This document shows, in pieces, positions 47,605 through 59,700 of a stretch of DNA of 64,000 bases. The notes beneath the pieces are model-generated. The model was not told the DNA's origin, made no database searches, and saw only the letters and a list, made by a program, of their open reading frames with translations. The stretch is from Trichoplax adhaerens (lineage: Eukaryota; Animalia; Placozoa): assembly GCF_000150275.1 (NCBI RefSeq), contig NW_002060966.1:138415-202414 (forward strand), given 5' to 3'. Both the position numbers and the translations under genes were made by a program. Every line of letters begins with the position of its first letter. Position 1 is the stretch's first letter.

Positions 47605-48110
47605 GTCTCTACGGTAGAAGAATCAAGCAGAGTGCAGCTAATTTTTGCCTTTGTACAGTCTTAAACTTCAATCCAAATTTGGTCTTATAATTATATTCTA
47701 AACCTGCAGCACAATATAGGTTACTCCAAAAGTCATAGGCAAGCATTAACATGAGTAATCCTAAGGACACCGCTGCAGGCGCATTGAAACTTATTCTTGC
47801 AAAGCTTAGCCAAGAAAATTCTATCAATCTCTACAGTAGAAGAACGAATGAGAGTGCACCCAATTTTAGGCCCCCGGTATTTCAATTTCAATCTAAATTT
47901 GGTCAATTACATTCTAAACTTGCCACACCGTACACATCACTGCGAAGTATTAATTACTACTAGAAACCCTTGAGAGAGGGCCATTTGTAATGTTTACTCC
48001 GTCAATAGAGCAGAATGTATCCCAATTTTGGCACCATACAATGTTGAAGCTAAATTTAGCCAATTCTAATTCTACAACCTGGAGCACAGTACTGAACTCC
48101 AACAGCGCAA
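47605..48110. repeat. Degenerate ~200-bp tandem repeat upstream of the temptin-like pseudogene
   Basis: tctctac.gtagaagaa....agagtgca.c.aatttt..aaatttggtc..tta.attctaaac.tgc at ~47606 and 47827, with a weaker copy at ~48000. Confidence 0.7.
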
Positions 48111-48343
48111 GCATGTAACCATTCATTCATGCTGTGTTTATTCGTACAGGAGCCTGGACCAATAAATATATAGTCCAGTCCAGTTAGATAAACATCTTGT
48201 CAGGTTCACTTGGCAGTTTCTACTGTATTAAAGAAGCATAGAGTATAGCAGATAGACATTATTTGAAAAAGAAGACGAAAATCTCATCTACAATCTTTGA
48301 TCACGAGCTTCGTTTTCGATACATTCATAAGAATCAATTGTTG

Positions 48344-48990
48344 ATGATGGCTGGCTTTTTGAAATAGAATTCAAGATTGGTGAAATTACTAACGTGTTTA
48401 TTACCCTTTCTCATGGCCGCAAGTGGATATTGGACTTATAGATCTGACATATCAAATGGCTTTAATGTTCCCAACCCTTGCAATGGAGCAACGATTTGGA
48501 ACGGCATGGGTCACTAACAATCGGGCGGAGGCGGCCCCAGAAATCCATTTGGATTAGCTTTTGCATCGCAAGGAAGAACATAGACATTAGCACTATGTCA
48601 AGAAGATAGCGATGGAGACGGTAAGACAAACGGTGAAGAATTAGGCGATCCTCAATGTACTTGGACTAAAGGTGCAACTGCCAATAGGACAACTAATCTT
48701 TCACATCCTGGTGTTTGTGAACCCATTAACTCGCTTGCCTGTTGTTCTAAACAATCATCGTGGCTGTCCTGCATGAGAGATTGCTCATCAATTTCCACTG
48801 AACCCTCAACAAATGCTCCAACTCCATCCAACCTAATCACCACAAGACTAGTGCTATTAATTCTACCAGTAGCAATGCCCTATAGACGACGGCCTCTGCC
48901 ACATCATCGAACGGTGCTTCTACAAAATGGACTTTCCGCGGTATCATAATCAATCTCATGGCGATACTATTTCTATTTGCTCTACAGTAA
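48344..48990 (+). pseudogene. Temptin-like pseudogene, paralog of 62034-62549
   Basis: The frame from ATG 48344 reads ...VPNPCNGATIWNGMGH*QSGGGGPRNPFGLAFASQGRT*TLALCQEDSDGDGKTNGEELGDPQCTWTKG...LSHPGVCEP...CC...WLSC. In-frame stops fall at 48365, 48515 and 48581, with a frameshift and another TAG in the S/T-rich stalk. It ends NGASTKWTFRGIIINLMAILFLFALQ*, like the intact copy. Confidence 0.92.
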
Positions 48991-51874
48991 TTCCCTATCA
49001 TCATGTTGCTAGTCTTTCTTATGTACCAATATCCTATTTAAATTAATTAGCCTAAATAGATAGGGATTAATACGATGCTTACTGCTTCTCACCTACTAGA
49101 ATGAACTAACTCATAATAATCCACTGTCTGCCATTGAATGGCTTCTATAATTATACCATCTAGAAACTAATATAGATAATTTAAAATCATATTTCTAATA
49201 TATATTGTGGCTTCACTGCTTAAAGGATTCTTGCTTGTATAAACGATATAATTTGTCATTCTTTCAAATACTATGCATGCTGCTAGAACGGGCCCTTATG
49301 TAAGGGATACCGGTAAAAGCGTTTTTTGGTAAGGCAGTCGTTAAGTATTATAGCGGAAAAAGAAGGCATAGATTTGCTCCAAATAGATCAGTCGTCAATT
49401 CCTTAATTACTAGACTTGATATTATATTCCACAACAGTTTTTAATGCCTTGGTCACCATGCTACTGTACAACTTTATAGATTAACCCAAAAAGAAAGACC
49501 CCCGTATATCCTAAAGGTATACATTATTCCAGTGGCTATTCTGAATATTTCATTCCATTATTTTATTTCCTTAGCTGCTATACCATTATCTTGCTATGGG
49601 AATCCTTCTTCTGTTCAAAGACGTTAGGAAACTTATAGGAATAACAATAATGATCAATCTTAAGTATTTACGTCATGAATCATAATATTGGCCATCCTAT
49701 ATTTTCGCTTCATGACTTCATTTTTCGTCGCTCTTGTACTAATGCCGGCCAACTTGATCGATGATAGATGTAACGCTATAAATGATTAAAGCATCGACAA
49801 TGAAAAACTGAAGAAATAAGCCTATCATGAGCTCGGTAATTTTAAAAATGAATTTAGCAGAGATTAAAATTCTCCTCCCTTTTGCTGCTCTCGTAATCTT
49901 AAATAATATTGCATTCGATGGCATTGATATTGAATAACAGATCATGAGGTAAATCAAATAACCATCGGAGAAATAAATGATAATAGATCGTAAATAGTGA
50001 TAGCCTTCATTATCAGTTGTTAGAGACTCTTATTCCTTGCAGTTGCCCATTTTATAACATCTCGTAAAGTATCAAACATAAAGAGATGTTCACTTCGATT
50101 AGACCAGTAAACGATCCTATTGGCCATCTCCAATATTGGACTTAATGATTTCATTTTTAGTCGCTAGCTAGCCAGTCAATTTCCTACTCGCCAAATTCTT
50201 CTATTTCAATCTCACTGTAGAGAATATTGCATTAGAAGGCATGGATGGCACACAAGAAATTGAGGATAAGTGAAATCACAATGAGGGAAATAGAACGATA
50301 CCCGTCATAAACAGAAATAGTCCTCCTTTAGCATTACTTACTGCCTGGTAAAAGATTTTTATTCCTTTCGTTTGCTATTCTATACACTGTAATATCAAAA
50401 TTGGCTTAAAAAACTAAACATATGAGTAGATACACTTTGATTGACTCTGTAAATGATCGCATTACTTGTCTCGAAATTTTGACATCATGACATTAGTTTT
50501 AATCGCTAGCTAACATGCAAATTTTCAATTTGCGAAAATTCTTCTCATTTCAACCTCAACGGAAGGGTAACCTAGTAGAGAATGAACTAATAAGCTGTAG
50601 GCTGCTACACAATCTCAATTAGATCGTAACCTATCCATAACGTTAACATGGATTGATTTCGTCTAGTAACTAGTGGCAATAGGGTATCCTGTCATGTTCT
50701 ACACTATGTAAGTGATGAAGTAGATGTTAGCTGAAATTATCTCTTTGGTAGTCGTAGGAACAAATACATTTATGAATTAAGTTGCTGTAAGAGAGTATGG
50801 TATTCGATATAAAAATTTCTGTATCAGCAAAACCAATATGGCTGCTACTTTATTTATCCTAATAATTTATTCTTCCTGCTGTTATGGTAATGTTTACCTC
50901 TCCATTTCACCGAATAACATACACTCAACAATTGATAAAATGTCAACATTGTGATAGTCATAAATAGTGATACGTAAAAAGACACTATCTTAAAATCTTT
51001 AGCATGATCGATTACTTCATCCTTTACTATAATACAGAAATTCATAAATCCTGACAATAAATAGCATACAGCCAAATATAATCTTTCTAAATATGAAGTA
51101 TGGACTACCAAAATAGCTTAATTCATTTCAAAATTAAGAATAACTTGGACGTGAACAACTGTTTGATACAGAGTCATTATAGCAATGTTTAAATACGCAT
51201 ACAAATATATTATGGGCAGGAAATAAATAATAAATTGTCGTCTAACTACGTCATAAACTCTTTACAGTTACACGGATCTAGGCAATAATGTGGCGTAAAT
51301 CGATAGACTAAATTGATCATTATTTAAGTAAGCAAATAATTATGCCATTGCTAAATACATTCAAAATGATAGATTCTGACTCACTCTGATGATACTGAAA
51401 CCTGATTCTATCTTATTAAATAAATACGGATCTAGATACTCTTTACAGTTATCTTCACGCAGTCCTAAATTACGCATTAAATCTCAACAAGGATGAGTCC
51501 TAATGCACAGCCAAGAAATAGCATGGCGTAATTTGATATTGTAAATAGTGATCGGCGACAAAGTAAGTATATTTGCTCAATATTACTGTAGAATACGCTC
51601 GAAGTAGATGGATTATGGCTCATTTCGATGATACTGAAACTTGATTTGCATGTTACGAAGCACGTATGGATCATGTATAACTTAAACATCAATTTGGATG
51701 AGATTTAGAACATTTTTACCTAATTAAGCTACTTTCTTGCTATCGAATGATCGTCAAATAAGATCATATCATTGAATGCAAATCTAGGAAGTAATATGGC
51801 GTAAAATGCTAGACAAAATTGGTGATTAGATGACAAGGTAGGTAAGTGAATAGTTGCAATGCGGTTGAATACAT

Positions 51875-53122
51875 TCAGGATGGTGTTTCTGGTTTATTTC
51901 GATGAAATTGAAATTTGATTTTCCTGTTATATAGTAGATACGGATCTGGATACTCTTTACAGTTGTCTTCATGAGGTCCTAATGTATAACTTAAGTCTCG
52001 ATAAGGACTGGATTGAAGACCCTTATTTCCAATTCGAGCTATTTTCTTGCATACATTGCATAAGCTATTCCTGAGCGACCTTAAGTGAATATTATAATTT
52101 TCTCGCCACTGAAAATACGAGTTATATAATTTATCATTACTTGCTACTTTTTCGATATAATTGGCCAATTCTCGGACATTAGCAAATTTCAAAGCATCAA
52201 TAAAAGATTGCGGAGGTAGAACATGCCAATCAGAGTAATTGGCTCCACTGATAATAATCGGAATTAGGTTATTTTCGAAAGCATTTCGATATGTCTTTTC
52301 CGTTAAATAGCCATTACAAACGCTGTTTTCTAAGCTTAAATAAAATTTATAATTGGACTGAATATGTTGCCAACAATGTTTATTTCTAGGGCATTTCTGA
52401 CCACATCGACCAAAGACATCGACATTAGTATAATTTTGCAATGCACGAATGATATGCATTCGATGTGGATAACACTCACTAGATACAATGGCAATCATTC
52501 TGGATCTATTTGCAGCATATTTAATGTTGGGTGAAAATCCATTGTGATACCGGCCACGAGTAACATAGCCATAAGGCGAAGGAAGATCTACTTCTTTCAT
52601 GTAATTCATGATCCAATCGAATGTATTATTGAAAAATTCTTTTAGTAACGGTTTTTGATCTAGTTTCAAACTCAGAGGACTCTCTAAAGTATAATAAATC
52701 CATCGCTGAAACGGAGGCTTTACAGTATTATTGGGTAAGCTATCCGTATCTTGCAAAATGTTTATATCGTTTCCATGGAATAATACAGCATCAGCACTAG
52801 AATAATAATTTCTATCACTAGTAAAATGGCACTGCACCGACGATAATCCGCAAGAATGATAACCAAGAGGCTCTGGCCAACTATTAAAAAACAAACCAGT
52901 CCAATAGAGTATCCTTATAACTCTTAACGGTTTTGCTGTCATTACTGTAGATGTCTTTATCGTTTCATTTCGAGAATCCTTAACGCGTTTATTAACGCGT
53001 TTAATAATATGCTTTAAAAGCATAACCGGCGTTTCAGTAGGATATATAAAATAAATTAATGTGTACATAGTTAGAATTATACAGCAGTATTGCAAAATTA
53101 TTTTTAAATTTTTCCTAGCCAT
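51875..53122 (-). CDS. Alpha-1,3-fucosyltransferase (GT10), type II membrane protein, intronless
   Basis: 415-aa ORF with N-terminal TM, ILYWT, CHFTSDR..ADAVLFH, QRWIYYTLESP, VDVFGRCG, YKFYLSLENSVCNGYLTEK, PPQSFID and YNSYFQWR. Confidence 0.93.
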   Translation of the reverse strand: MARKNLKIILQYCCIILTMYTLIYFIYPTETPVMLLKHIIKRVNKRVKDSRNETIKTSTVMTAKPLRVIRILYWTGLFFNSWPEPLGYHSCGLSSVQCHFTSDRNYYSSADAVLFHGNDINILQDTDSLPNNTVKPPFQRWIYYTLESPLSLKLDQKPLLKEFFNNTFDWIMNYMKEVDLPSPYGYVTRGRYHNGFSPNIKYAANRSRMIAIVSSECYPHRMHIIRALQNYTNVDVFGRCGQKCPRNKHCWQHIQSNYKFYLSLENSVCNGYLTEKTYRNAFENNLIPIIISGANYSDWHVLPPQSFIDALKFANVRELANYIEKVASNDKLYNSYFQWRENYNIHLRSLRNSLCNVCKKIARIGNKGLQSSPYRDLSYTLGPHEDNCKEYPDPYLLYNRKIKFQFHRNKPETPS

Positions 53123-55530
53123 GATGATTCATTATTGAAGATTTGTTTCCTAACAATCATTTCACCATATTTCTTCAAAAGAAGCAACAATAAGGATTGC
53201 CTCTAAACTGAGATCCTTTTTAATTTATAAAACCAGGCTTAGATAATGACCGAGCCAAAAAGGATTAAACGTTTCCAAAAATATCTTCTAAATACTAAAA
53301 AGTGAGTTAAATATAATTGCTAGCACAATAAAGCAAAACTAGCCGTCTTGAACTACAGAAGCTCACAATAAAATGACGCTAAAGTGTCGAAAGGCTGGAA
53401 TTACCTTCGTAACGAAATAAACAGCAACTGTCTTCGTCTTCTACAAATAGCTTTATCGTTTATTTAGTCACTGGCTTTCATAGCGTCATCAAACTAATTA
53501 TCGGTAAGCCTTTCAATCCGCTTAATATAGAAAATTAACCGGTAAAACGATTTATATATTGGTCAAGACTTAAAATTTGGCAATCAACCGCAATTAAGCT
53601 AAAATAAAATCCATGCCGCAGCTGAATACAACTATCAGCGCCATTTATTATTTAAATAAACCTATAGATTAGCTTATAGCGATCTGGAAAAGTAGTTGAA
53701 TGTCAGCATCTGTTTGAATTTTCGTCTTTGAAGAGACTCTTAAGTGTTTTCTTTAAGCTATATGATTTTCTAAGCTATTTCTTAGTATTTATTACAGCTT
53801 TCTACCTAATCTTTTTCAACAGGTTTCTCCTTGCAGAAGTGGCTAAATGGCTGCGCATGCTTCGTGCATGCAGAAGGGACTACCCTCGCTCAGTTTCTAT
53901 GGTTTCTGCTCATTCAATCGATATAGACTACTGCTCTAGAATGTAAATAAGCAGGTAGAAACTTTTTAAGACTTTAATACGTTTCTTATTTATACATTCA
54001 GAAGTTTCCAACTAGTTTATTCGAGAGTGATGTCAGACAATGTAATAGTTTTAAAAAATCACAATGGATCTTCAGTAAAATACGCGTACTTCAATATTTA
54101 CTGCGAATAAGGATAAAAAAGTTAAAATCTTGACCGTAAATAGGGTCTGTTATTAGCCGGCTGGAGTTAGTTCAGTCATACTTAGTTTCCATAGTTTCTG
54201 CTCATTGAATCGATACTTACTACTCTTTGAGGATTTCTTCTTGGCAGTCCTAAAGCATGAGAATACGACAGCTAAATTCTGGACAAGGACAAGAATGAAG
54301 ACACTTTCCACCTACTCGAGCTATTTCTCGTACAATCAATTGACCGTTAAATTATGCTACATATCTGAATGCACATTGAACAAATAAGAAATAACATAGC
54401 TTAAATGGATAAAAAATAATTAATTATATTATTAGTTGATAATGTAAGAGGCGCATAGCTAGACCATGGGTGAGTGCGTTTAAAACGATTCATTTCGATG
54501 ATCTAAAATTCCGTGTTATTAAGTAAGTATTGATAATGCATAATTTAAATCTAGATATGGATAAGATTTAGGATACTTTTGACCAATTTGAGCTGCTTCC
54601 TAGCAATGGAATGGTCGTCCAATTACGCTATATACAGTAAGTGATTATACAACTAAAAAGTTACGTGGCGTAACTTGATAGACTAAATTCATCATGAAGT
54701 GGCAAAGTAAACGAATGGTTATACCATTGCTTAATTTATTCAAAATAGATAGATTCTGATTTATTTAAATGATACTGGAACTTGATTTCCATGTAATTGA
54801 GTTTATATAGGTCTAGATAGTTTTGATATTTGCCTTCACTCAGTCCTAAATCATATATTAAATCTCGCCACAGGAGATGGAGAAGACCTCTTCTCTATCT
54901 CATAGGCAAGTCTTGATGCACAGCTAGCTAATATTATGGTATAGATAGATAGATTAACTTGATCATTAAATGACAAAGTAACTAGATTTACTATTGTTAA
55001 ATAGGTGAAAAATAGATAGTTTCTGATTTATTTAGGTGATACTGAAGGTTTATTTCCATGTTATGATAGGCTTAATTGATTATTAAATGACAAAGTACGT
55101 AAATAGATTTACTACTATTAAGTACGTTCAAACAGATAAATTCTGATCCATTCAGATTATACTGAAACTTAATTTCCATGTTATGACATTTTTCAATACA
55201 TTCAAATAGATTCTAATTCAATTAGATAATACTAAAGCTGATTCCATATTATTAAATAAATGTAAATCTAGATGCTCTTTACAGTTGTCTGCATGCAATC
55301 CTAAATTATACATTAAATCTCGATAACAAATGTATAACCTAAATATCAAAAAATGAGATTAAGGACGCATTTTAGCTGCTCAAGCTATTTTCTTGTAATG
55401 AAATGATCGTCAAATTGTACTATGTCATTTAATGCAAAACTGGAAATTAACAAGACGTAAATTAATAAGCGAAATTGGTCGTGAGATAACAAGGTACGTA
55501 AATAAATAGTTGCACTACAGTTTAACACAT

Positions 55531-56775
55531 TCAACATGAATAGTTTCTGGTTTATTTCGATGAAATTGAAATCTAGTTTTCTTCTTATTCAGTACATGTG
55601 AACCTCGATATTCATTACAGTTGTCTTCATGAAGTCCTAATGAGGTCCTAATGTGGAACTTAAATCTCGATAAGGACTGGATTGAAGACCCTTATTCCCA
55701 ATTTGAGCTATTTCTTGCATACGTTGCACATACTTCCCTAGTACGACTGGACTTGAACATTATAGTTTCCTCACCACTGAAAATATGAATTATATAACAT
55801 ATCATTACTAGATACTTTTCTTAAATAATTGGCCAATTCTGAGACATTAGCAAATTTTAAAGCATCAATAAATGAATGCGAAGGTAACACGCGCCAATCA
55901 GAATATAATTGGCTCCACTAATAATAATCGGAATTAGATTATTTTCGAAGGCATTTTGATATATCTTTTCAGTTAAGAAGCCATTGCAAACACTGTTTTC
56001 TAAGCTTAAATAAAATTTATAATTATATTGAATTTGTTACTAACATTGTGTATTTCTAAGAAATATTTGACCACATCGACCAAAGACATCGACATTAGTA
56101 TAATTTTGCAATGCACAAATAATATTCATTCGATGTCGATAACACACACTGGATACAATAGCGATCATTTTAGGTCGATTTGCAGTATAGTTGAAGCAGG
56201 GTAAGAATCCATTGCTATGCTTGCCGCGATTTACATAGCTATGAGGCGAAGGAACATCTACTTCTTTCGTGTAATTCACGATCTAATCAAATGCACTGCT
56301 AAAAATTTTTTTAGTAACGGTCTTTGAATTAGTCGCAAACTCTGAGGACTTTCCAAGGTAAAATTAATCCATCGCTGAAGCGGAGGCTTTACTTAGTTAT
56401 TGGGTAAGCTATCCTTATTTTTTAAAGTATTTAAATCATTTCTGTGGAACAGTACGGCTTCAGCAATAGGAAAATAACTTTTATTGCTATTAAAATAGCA
56501 CAATACGGACTATAATCCGCAAAAGTGATAACCAAGAGCTACTGGCCAACTATAAAAAAGATCAGCCCAATAGAGTATCTTTATAACTTTTAATGATTGT
56601 ATTTTCATCGCAATAGATATCTTTATATATTATTTCGAGAATCCTTGGTGCATCTTATAACATTCTTAAAGAGCATAACGGGCGTATCACTAGGATAAAT
56701 ATAATTTATTAATGTACAGAAAACTAGAACTATATAACAGTATCGTAAAATTATTTTTAAATCTTTCCTAGCCAT
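55531..56775 (-). pseudogene. GT10 fucosyltransferase pseudogene, tandem copy of 51875-53122
   Basis: Colinear from the ATG at 56775 (MARKDLKIILRYC). Lesions include W>TAG (~56283), TAG TAA at ~56037-56042, indels at ~55903 and ~55712, and an 11-nt duplication at ~55634. Confidence 0.92.
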
Positions 56776-59700
56776 GATGATTCATTAATTTATTATTGAA
56801 GATTTTTTTCCCAGCAATTATTTCTCTATAATGGATCAAAAGAACTAGCATTACCCATAACTTCTAAATTGCGATCTTTTTCGACTTATAAAACCATGCA
56901 TAAGCAATGACTAACCAGTAAAGAATTAAACGCTTTCAAATGCGTATATATTTATAAGTATGATACAGAAAAGTTTATTCATCTAACTGTTGGCACAATA
57001 AGCAAAAATAACTGTCTTGAACTGTAGGAGCTCACATATAATGACCCATAGGTTATTAAGCGTACTTGAGCCGGCAACCAACCACGGAATGACCTAGAAT
57101 AATACCGTATCCATGCCACAACTGAATACAACTTTTGATGTAATTTGTTTTGAAAATAATCTAACAGACTAACCTCTAGCGATCTGGAAACGGAATTAAA
57201 TGTCAGTAACTATTAAAGTTATTTAAATATACAAGTAGGCCAATACTTGAAATCAGCAATCAACTGCAGAACGAGTTTGAATAATACTATGTCCACACCA
57301 CAGCTGAACGCAACTATCGATATAATTAATTTTGAAAATAAACCGACGGACTAGCTTCTAGCGATCTGGAAATAGAATTAAACGTTAGCAACTACTGGAG
57401 TTTTCCGTTAGATACCACACGGAAAAAAGACTTAGAAAAGGGCCTTTCTCTATTTAGAAGTTTGCTATTAATGCTTTCAGCAGTTTTTAATTAGTTTTTA
57501 AAGAACGATTCCGGTATAGGGATAGTTCTAGAAGAATTGTAATGTCCCTGCAGTAAAACTATTTCAATTCTGACTGAAAGTCAGGACAAAAAGTTAAAAT
57601 CTTAATTGTTACAGAGTCTGTCATAAGCCGATTGGTGCTGGCTCTTTCATACTTAGTTTGCATGCCTTTCATGGACTGAATAGAGGCTTACTACTATTAG
57701 GTGTAGAAGAGGGTAGAAACTATTGATGAATGGATCATAATATCAATATTTTTTTACGTGTAAAATTCATTTGTAATGGCGTAATATCCAAGCATTTACC
57801 AATCCTACGCTTTATCAATAACCGCATCTGCCAGAATACGAGATATCGTAGTATCCGTTCATTATTGGTAGAAGTCCTTTTAAGACTTTAGTATATTTTA
57901 CCTAGTAATACCATTATACTGGTAGAAGTCTTTTTAAGTCTTTACTATATTTTATCTAGTTATACTTTTAGTAGTTTCCAACTAATATCGCAAATTAAAC
58001 TTCGCGAGTGGTCCTTTATTTGATATAGTAGTCGTCTTACCATCCTACTAACTTGAGAGATTTACAGAGTCGATTAGTACTGAGATTGACGAAAAGTGGT
58101 AGTAAGTTTGATTGAATTGAAAAATTACTTTATTAAACACTGATGTGATTACAATCTAAGTCCAACACGATAAAAGACTTGATCATAATTAATTACTTTT
58201 ATATCATAACTTGAACTGGAAAATTGGACTTACGAGTATGTCTAGCATGCTAAAGCAAACTGACCTAATTATCAGTTAGTTATCATTTTATTAACTCCAA
58301 GATTGCATAAGAATGATTTTATTACTAGGGACCAAATTTGATCTATCGAATAACGGGTATACTAGATCAAAGTCTATTTTACCTCACTGTACATAAATAG
58401 ACAATCGTCCCGAAACAATGATCGCCAAACAATAAATCGTAGCACATGAATTATCAATACGATGATTGGGCAAGAATAACCTTAATCCGATTACTGAAGT
58501 GAAATTAAGCGATTTTTAATATGTAAACGGCTTTAGTACGCCTAATTCAATTTTCATCCTACAAAATGATAATTGGGTAAAAATGATTTTATTCCAATTA
58601 TTAAATTGAATTCATCTCATGCCTAATAAATTGTATAAGTTTCAGAATCTAAGTAATATGATTAAACAACTGATAGCGATTGTAATCAAATTAACAGTTT
58701 AAATTGAGTTCACGTTAAAATATAGTACTTTAAAATGATTCATGTCGCAGCTACTTTATTGCCGAATAAGGCTAGTCAAAAAGCTGAAAACCCAGTTGGC
58801 TTATAAATAGAAAAAAATTCTATGCTAATCTGTATTCTTTAGTATATTCGTAATCAATTCTAGATTAGATTATCAAGAAGTTTCAACAAGAGTAAACTAT
58901 TTGATTTCGATATAATACGATAGACCGTATTTAATGGGTGAAACTATGGTGTAGGCAATTCAAATTAATAAATTAGGTAGAATGAAAATTAATTTTCTTG
59001 CTGAAACGTATCTTTAATTTTAATATAAGGTAATATGCATTATTTATTTAATAAGCATGTTTGTCGTAGAGGTGGTTCGATGTAGTGAATCAGGTAACGT
59101 GAAAGATGTTTTACGTTCAGGTTAATTTTTTTACTGGTAGAATTGCAGTATGCAGAGTACGAGCTAATGAAATTCAATAAAGCGAAAAAGAAATTTCCAT
59201 TTTTAAATCTATATCCAACCCACTATTTCTTGCATTTATGCCTGTCTGGAAGGATTAACATTAGCGTATCTATTCAATACAGAAGAAGGGGCCATTCAGC
59301 ATTAATTTAATTAATATTGATTGTGTCAGTTTCAGTTGCAGTAGCAACAATGAATGCTTTCCAGGTAGGACATCTACTTGATTTTACCTTGTAATAGATC
59401 CCCTTTATATTGACTAACAACAAGTTTATTTTCTAACATGCTACAGAATAATTATCTCTATAGAAGCCAACCCAATTGCAAACTAATTTCTAAACCGCGA
59501 GCAATATGACAATGAAAGTAAAATTTCATGTGCCAATTAAGTTGTTTCTTATATACTAGTACTACATTACAGCATTATATTGAAGTAAGTTCTGACAATG
59601 AATCTGCTTTTATTCATGTTCCATCTACCAGCTTTCTACTCTCTCCTTATCCACAAATACATGCGATAATAATAAAAAAATTGTCGATGAAACCTCGACA

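Larger units (their letters stand above)
51240..57990. repeat. Tandem segmental duplication (~3.6 kb) carrying the fucosyltransferase, its upstream region and degenerate copies of its 3' end
   Basis: Flanks match: 53125-53385 vs 56778-57045, 53608-53708 vs 57108 and 57290, and 54110-54190 vs 57585-57662. Confidence 0.85.

Noticed and set aside
47369-47617. ORF with a repeated RTTICRDAIG peptide
   Set aside because: It is a by-product of the 30-bp minisatellite and has no other coding support.
48344-48990. Stop-codon readthrough or recoding in the temptin copy
   Set aside because: Mixed TAA and TAG stops plus a frameshift fit ordinary pseudogenisation, and all intact genes use the standard code.
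49739-51111. Hydrophobic minus-strand ORFs (72 and 85 aa) as a membrane protein gene
   Set aside because: No family motif, hydrophobicity is expected from AT-rich DNA, and part of the region is a degenerate ~340-bp duplication (50155 vs 50497).
51875-53122. Bacterial horizontal origin of the intronless fucosyltransferase
   Set aside because: It has type II Golgi topology and eukaryote-style N-terminal motifs, and intronless GT10 CDSs are common in animals.
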